Assembly: GCA_951406725.2 (NCBI GenBank)
Contig: OX597824.1
Location: 96,534,001-96,598,000 of the forward strand
Direction of reading: 5' to 3'
Length of the DNA stretch: 64,000 nt
DNA from: Octopus vulgaris
Taxonomy: Eukaryota
In this document: one piece after another, positions 56,876 to 64,000 of the stretch
Numbering within the stretch: position 1 is the stretch's first letter
How the letters are laid out: each line of letters begins with the position of its first letter
The notes under the pieces: model-generated
The model's database searches: none
What the model was told of the DNA's origin: nothing
Seen by the model: the letters and a program-made list of their open reading frames with translations, nothing else
Position numbers and translations under genes: made by a program

Positions 56876-58022
56876 TATATAATCTTTTATTCTTCTTTTA
56901 TTCTTCAAGTTTTAGCTGAAGAACTGACGTCATCATGCAGAGGTGGCGTTAGAATACAAAATACTGCGTTGTATCCCTTCAGAGGATTTCTCATCGGGAC
57001 TCGTGAAGCAATAAAAGCATGAGTAATTATATTGCTGACAGACCAGTATCTTCTGTTACAGTCACCGGAACGTGTCTTACGGTAAATAAATAATACTCCA
57101 AGATTTTTTCCAGTCTCCTGTGCGTGAGGGCGTGTGTGCGCATATTTTTATAAACTCCATATAAAGTTAGATCTTGGCAAGATTTGAACTCAGATTTTTA
57201 GACTAAAATATCGAGAGTTCTTTTATACTTCATTCTAGAGAGCGCTGCCAAACTGGCTCTGGGTCTCCGAATGTAGGGAATATTCTTTTCTTTTCTACTT
57301 TAGGCAAAAGGCCCCAAATTTTTGGGGAAGGGGCAAGTCGATCAGATCATCCCCAGTACGCAACAGGTACTGTAGTTTATCGACCCCGAAAGGATGAAAG
57401 GCAAAGTCGACCTCGGTGGAATTTGAACTCAGAACGTAACGGTAGACGAAATACCTATTTCTATTTCTTTACTACCCACAAGGGGCTAAACACAGAGAGG
57501 ACAAACAAGGACAGACACACGGATTAAGTCGATTATATCAACCCCAGTGCGTAACTGGTACTCATTTAATCGACCCAGAAAAGATGAAAGGCAAAGTCGA
57601 CCTCGACGGGATTTGAACTCAGAACGTAGCGGCAGACAAAATGCTGCTAAGCATTTCGCCCGTCGTGCTACCGTTTCTGCTTGCTCGTCGCCTTCGAATG
57701 TAGGTAAAAGTGTAGGGAAGGGAGGAGGAAGAGAAAACGGGAAGTAAGAGGGAAAGAGGAAAAGAGAAAGTCAAGGAGAGGAGAAAGATGACGAAGAAGA
57801 AGGAGACGAAGAAGAGGGAGACGAAGAAGAAGGAGACGAAGAAGAAGGAGAAGAAGAAGAAGAAGAAGAAGAAGAAGAAGAAGAAGAAGAAGAAGAAGAA
57901 GAAGAAGAAGAAGAAGAAGAAGAAGAAGAAGGGTGGGGACATTTACATCCTGGAAAATTAGATTTGAGATGTTTGTCGCGTGAACGGAATTCCCATTGTT
58001 TCAAAACGTGAATGTAGATATA

Positions 58023-58074
<52 letters not shown>

Positions 58075-58346
58075 TATGTATATATATATGTATATATATA
58101 TATGTATGTATACAAGTACAGACGGATACGCGCACGCGCGCACACATATACAAGTCCAAACCAAACATGTGAGGTCCAGAAAACATTGTCTTGTGGTGTT
58201 CCTGAAGTGCTTTGATGCTTAAGTAGACGCCATGATAAGTATGACTCCAGTCAGACTACATACCTCAAGGTAGAGTTAAGTGTCTTGTTTAAGAGAGACG
58301 TGTTAGACACTTCAGAACATTAACTAAAAATCGCATTCCTTCGGAT

Positions 58347-58437
<91 letters not shown>

Positions 58438-59159
58438 TGTATATCTTTTTTCCTTCTTCCTGTCTACGTGTTCCTCTTTCCCTCCATATAACTTCTGTTT
58501 GCTCTCTCGGCATTTCAAGGACGCTCATTCTCTCATATACACACGCATCTACACTTACATATACACAGGCACATAGAAAGTCACACGAGACACTCACATA
58601 CAAAACCACACGCAGAAACGCTCATTCCCACCCGGAAGTGGGCCGTGACAGCGCTCGATCAATTGACCAGAGACGTTAACTTGTCGAATAAAATGGATCA
58701 CGCTATTTTATTCCGACCCTCGGCGTTTAGAGTTCAAATACAACCGAAGACATCTTTTGACCTTCAGCCTATTTAGAGCAGTTATTCGCAATCAGGGTCC
58801 CTTTAAGGTTTTGTGTTAAAATTTATATTCAATAAATTTTAAGAATAGATGATATATAAAAAGGATTTTGGGATACAATTCCTAATATTTCATTATAAAC
58901 TTATAACAGGATTTGTTAAAGAACGAATAGCTTTGGGGGTGGATTCAAATAAAATAGGAAACAAAGGAGCCCATGAGTCTAAAGGGATGAGAACCAGCGA
59001 TTTAGGGTCGATAATATACCATCCCTGTGCCACAGCAGGCTCTCATATCTTCCGTGTCCTACCCACTACCCGTACGTCTGGGCACTTACATACACACGAG
59101 CGCTCGCACACACATACACACGAAGACACTCACATACACTTATGTTTATATATATATAT

Positions 59160-59453
59160 ACGTATATTAGAAGGTTTGGAAATGATGTACAGGTATTTTA
59201 TATTAGAAGAAATGAGGTACTCAGAAATTCGGATGGTTTTATATTTACAGATATTTATTTGTATATTACATATTTTTATACATCATATAACTTATATCAT
59301 ATATTAGCGCTTTCGTCCATTCTGGTGAATTTTTCAAATTGCGTTCATTCTGGTGGATTTTACAAATGGAAATCCATGGAGTTCCATTTGAAAAATCCAC
59401 CAGAATGGACGAAAGCGCTAATATATGATATAAGTTATATGATGTATAAAAAC

Positions 59454-59458
<5 letters not shown>
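59160..59458. mobile_element. (TA)n-embedded element with near-perfect inverted arms, each carrying a hammerhead 3' half
   Basis: 59267-59339 is the near-perfect reverse complement of 59386-59458. Each arm has GGAC-GAA-AGCGCT-A-ATATATG. The plus copy has a long stem II (GTTCATTCTGGTGGATTTT...AAAATCCACCAGAATGGAC) but is truncated in the CUGANGA core. Confidence 0.65.
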
Positions 59459-59491
<33 letters not shown>

Positions 59492-59887
59492 ATAGCATTG
59501 CTATTATGCAAAGTCCAAAACGTTGCTTTTTCAGGAAACGAAAAAGTAGTTTCACCATTCCATAGCAAAACCGTTCTACTATACTTTGACAATTTTTTGA
59601 TATCTTGGCATTTGATGCAGCTGGAGATACGATAGATTGACCAAAACAACCGGCTATTGTAGACAAGAATAAATATTGAAAAAAATGCATTTGGCCAAAT
59701 TTAGTCATACGATAGCTTAACATAAAACCAACGATACATATATCATTTGATTCATTCTTTAATTTAATTGTTTTTCTTTTTAATTAATATCCACCTTTAT
59801 TTTACTCTTAGTTGAAAAAAATCGAAAAGACAGAACCGGTATTAACCATTACAAAGTGTATTTCATGATAAAACTATTTTAGCATTT

Positions 59888-60012
<125 letters not shown>

Positions 60013-60042
60013 TGACACACACACATGCAAATATATATGCAT

Positions 60043-60097
<55 letters not shown>

Positions 60098-60098
60098 G

Positions 60099-60140
<42 letters not shown>

Positions 60141-60143
60141 CAT

Positions 60144-60194
<51 letters not shown>

Positions 60195-60518
60195 CATACA
60201 TATATATGTAAGAGATCGTACAAATAATGCATAAATCGCTGCATTTAAATATGCAACAATTTGCAATTAATGTGATAGAAACACGTGTCGGAAAATTATT
60301 ATGAATAAACCAACTGCAAATTAACACAGTTTGAATGTTCAAATTCTTTGTACTCCTTATTATCAATATATATATATAAATACATACTTGCATACATACA
60401 TACATACATACATACATACATACATACATACATACATACATACATACATACATACACACATACATACATACGTACATACATACATACATAGATGCAAACG
60501 TACATACATACATATATG

Positions 60519-60600
<82 letters not shown>

Positions 60601-61539
60601 TGTTAAAGTGGACAGCAAACGTTAAGGCAAGACAAATATCTCAAGTCATATACGTTATTATTGGAAAAATCCAAAGTATATATATATATATATGTGTGTG
60701 TGTGCGTGTGTGTGTATACTTACATACATGCATACAGACACAGATTGGGAATTGGAAAATTTATAGGTGTTATTTATTCCCCCTTACACATGTTCCACAC
60801 ACACACACACACACATGCACGTACACACATACATGTATATATGTAGATATGAACGAATACATATACATGCTTATAATGATGTGGCCGTGTTCTGCGCCCT
60901 TGAAACCTTAAGTATTGTTAAGTATTTTGGAGTTGAAAGTCAATCTGTTGGTGTAGAGATATATATAACTACAAGTTTCTATGCACCTACTTGTATGTGT
61001 GCGTATGTATGTGTATGTGTGTGTGTGTGTGCGTGCGTATGTATGTGTATGTGTGTGTGTGTGTGTGTGTGTGTAAACTACACGACAGAAGTAAGAAGGG
61101 AAAATTCCATCTGACCTCCATCGATCACGCTTGTGTAATTTTCTTTTATAAACTAAATTTTTCAGACGTCATCTCCGGAATCCGAAATTCTTATCAGACG
61201 CCCTGAAAAAGTCTTTATTCTTTGTCTAATATCCGCTTCTAAATATAGGCCACTGAGAAAATATCACGGAAGATGTGTGTCTTAGCCTCAGGACGAAAAC
61301 CAGCCCATTGAAGCTCATCCCATTCAACCAAGCTCACAGGGCGCCCTTCATCAGACACTGCCATAGCTCAAAACGAAACCCCTTCGATGTCCATTTAGCA
61401 AGAGACTCAATGCAGACAGCGTCGGTTTTAAATACGATTTTGTCGCGAGACCAATGCTGCGTAAGGGACCACAAAGACGGAAAAAAAGGCACCCTCGAAA
61501 TTCAAAAGATGTTGATTGATAGAAAGCTTAAAGGGGTGA

Positions 61540-61990
61540 ATATTAATGATGAGAGGAAGAAAAGACGACGGCAGTTTCTGTGAGTGGTGGAAAGAAGCTG
61601 TCGGAATAAAAGGAGACTTATGACTAACAAGGACTGAAAAGGGAAACGATATGTCTAGGAAGAGGAGCGGGTGACACGTTTTAAAGGTCTTGACAAAGAG
61701 TGTCTGACCAAAAAGTTCATGAGGGCAATGACCTTGGAAATACTTATAGAAAAAGACACAAGGAAGGCACTTTCCGACGATAAGGCAAAGACTCCAACAC
61801 ATCATATCGACAATCGATCCTGAATCTGATTAAGCAAGTGAAGACACTTCGAAGAAGCACCAGTCCAAAGATGGCAGCGATATTCAATGAAAGCTGGAAT
61901 GGTGACCTCATAAAGATACAAAATACTCTTGGACATATTCCAAGAATTTCGGACCCAGACCAAACAGAAACACATTTGCCAGTACAGGTA
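61540..61990 (-). mobile_element. Decayed non-LTR LINE ORF2 C-terminal region (CR1/Jockey-type)
   Basis: Reads ILYLYEVTIPAFIEYRCHLWTGASSKCLHLLNQIQDR, then after a frameshift FYKYFQGHCPHEL. This matches the LYK..IRP..EY...W.GA....L..L..IQ.R and FYKY..G.C..EL motifs. Confidence 0.7.
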
Positions 61991-62179
61991 ACATAACTGT
62001 TGCATTTTCATCAGAAGAAGCGATTCCAAATTAGGATCTCATCGCAGTACCTCGTGCGTTCTACGCGTGCGCATAGAGGCTGCTCTTCCACATCCTTTAC
62101 CTGCACACGGTGCAAAACCTGTGCCCGGCATCCAAACACATATCTAAAATGTAAGGACTGCAACGAGTCCGAGGATTCG

Positions 62180-62395
62180 ATTCAGTTTCGATAGCGTGAC
62201 CGAGAGTACAACACTCTTCTTGAATGGGACACCAGTCCGTCACAGGGTTGGGGCCCATTTACAGCAGAATGGACGGGAGCAACTCAGTGGAATGAAGGGT
62301 TTTGCTCAAGAAGACAACGCACCGCCCGGTCTGAGAATCGAAACCTTGATGTTGCGATCGTTAGTACAACACTCTGCCCACTAGGCTAGCTGCCT
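62180..62395 (-). mobile_element. Old tRNA-derived SINE with a V-domain-like core
   Basis: Minus strand ggcagctagcctagtggg...ggtttcgattctcagacc...cttgagcaaaac...aaccctgtgacggactggtgtcccattca. Confidence 0.55.
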
Positions 62396-63703
62396 TAGAT
62401 ATCTAAAGCAGATTCAATATTTCGCAATTTCCCTAAAGAAAACGAGACAGAAGGAGGGGAGGAGGGAAGGAGGGAAAGAAGAAAGGAAGAGGGGGGAAGG
62501 AAGAAATGGAATCCAGGAAAGACTAAAGGCCTTTTTGACGACAAAGGGAAGGATTTCGACTCCCGGAGATAACACCCGAAAAATTATGTTTCTAATAAAG
62601 GATTACACAGAAAAGGGGACACCAAATCATAATGGCTAGTATATTTAAGATTGTAATATCACTTTCAAATTTCTGCAAAATAGGAACAAGTTCGGGCGAT
62701 GCGGTGAGTTGATTACATCAACTCCAGTGCATAACTGGTACTTATTTTATCCATTCCGAAACAATAAAAGACAGAGTCGACCTCGGTGGAATTTGAACTC
62801 AGAACGTAAAGACAAACGAAATAACAGTAAGCACTTTGTCCGGCGCGCTAACGATTCTGCCAACTCGCCGCCTTAATAGAAACCTACAATAGGAAATGTA
62901 TTTACGACTATTAACACTGTTGATCCCTTCTTTTCTAAGGTTATACACGGACTGATTTAAGATGCATTTAGCAGTTATGTCTAGCAGGTCGAGCCCACTG
63001 ATGGTGGTAGTTTTGATAATGATGGCGATGATGGTTACTGAAAGTGGTGGCGCTGATGTTGTTAATAAATAGAGGTTGTGCATGGAGATATTAGGAGTCA
63101 TTGTGAAGGTGGTGGTGATGATGGTGATAATGGTATTGTTGTTTGTGATGGGGTTTGGGGAATGGGGCTTATTAATGATAATAGTATCTGAGTGAGGAGA
63201 TGAAAAACGGATGTGGATGGGCGCTGTGCTATTAAACTACAAATCTCAAGTCCTTCAGGACCTCATCAAAACCCGGAATCAACGTTTTCACAGAGCGAAA
63301 TTTGCCAATTCCGTTTAAACACTAAGTTGATGAGAAAAGCAGGACGCAGACTCTTCTCGCGTTTCAAAATAGTTGTTATGTTGGTATTTTTATATTTAAA
63401 GACACAGACACAGTCCTCACGGACACACACAAGGACACACACACGCACACACACAAATATTAATATAAACACAGCCATACGCAATGTGTTACCGAAAAGG
63501 AAAACTATAAATGTCACTAAATGCGACTAGGGTGTTAGGACACCTTCATTGCTAGAAATAAGAGCTAAAATGGTCTACTTGCTGTAGTGAAGGCACATAA
63601 ATTGTATCCATATATGCTGAGAGGGATGTAATCGGGCAAACACCGATCGAGAATTCGATAGGTACAAATATATATATGTATATATATGTATATGAATATA
63701 ACA

Positions 63704-63745
<42 letters not shown>

Positions 63746-63772
63746 GATGCATATGATTCCAAATATACATAC

Positions 63773-63832
<60 letters not shown>

Positions 63833-64000
63833 TTGTACACGAACAAGGGAATAAGAATGGTGCAAACAATTTAAGGTAAAGAACAATACAAGAATAATTA
63901 CAAGACTACACACACATACACAGACACATATGCGCACATACACAAGAGATATTGGCGGAACATTCCCATCAAAACTTCTAGCAAGTGCGAACTTAATCGG

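Overview
Eukaryotic, very microsatellite-rich DNA, most likely an octopus genome (inferred from its tRNA-derived SINE families and repeat landscape). Almost every ORF in the supplied track is a translation of simple repeats. The only host coding sequence I can support is two minus-strand exons of one gene: a 42-nt microexon at 38207-38248 and a probable last exon at 9210-9471. They join in frame to ...LSSCALDVDYCDYSSDVGDE...[14 protein letters not shown]...SVPPV*, which looks like a transcription-factor tail; I could not identify the gene. The rest is intron or intergenic sequence. It holds a full-length dead mariner (2351-3626), a deleted DD37D/maT element, RTE, Tx1-like and CR1-like LINE remnants, a Naiad-type Penelope-like RT remnant and many SINEs. 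The most striking unannotated signal is a set of short inserts within (TA)n/(CA)n tracts that carry minimal type-I hammerhead ribozyme motifs. At least seven are arranged as head-to-head inverted pairs, including a perfect 208-bp palindrome at 14570-14777. A second group of solo copies shares a non-canonical core.
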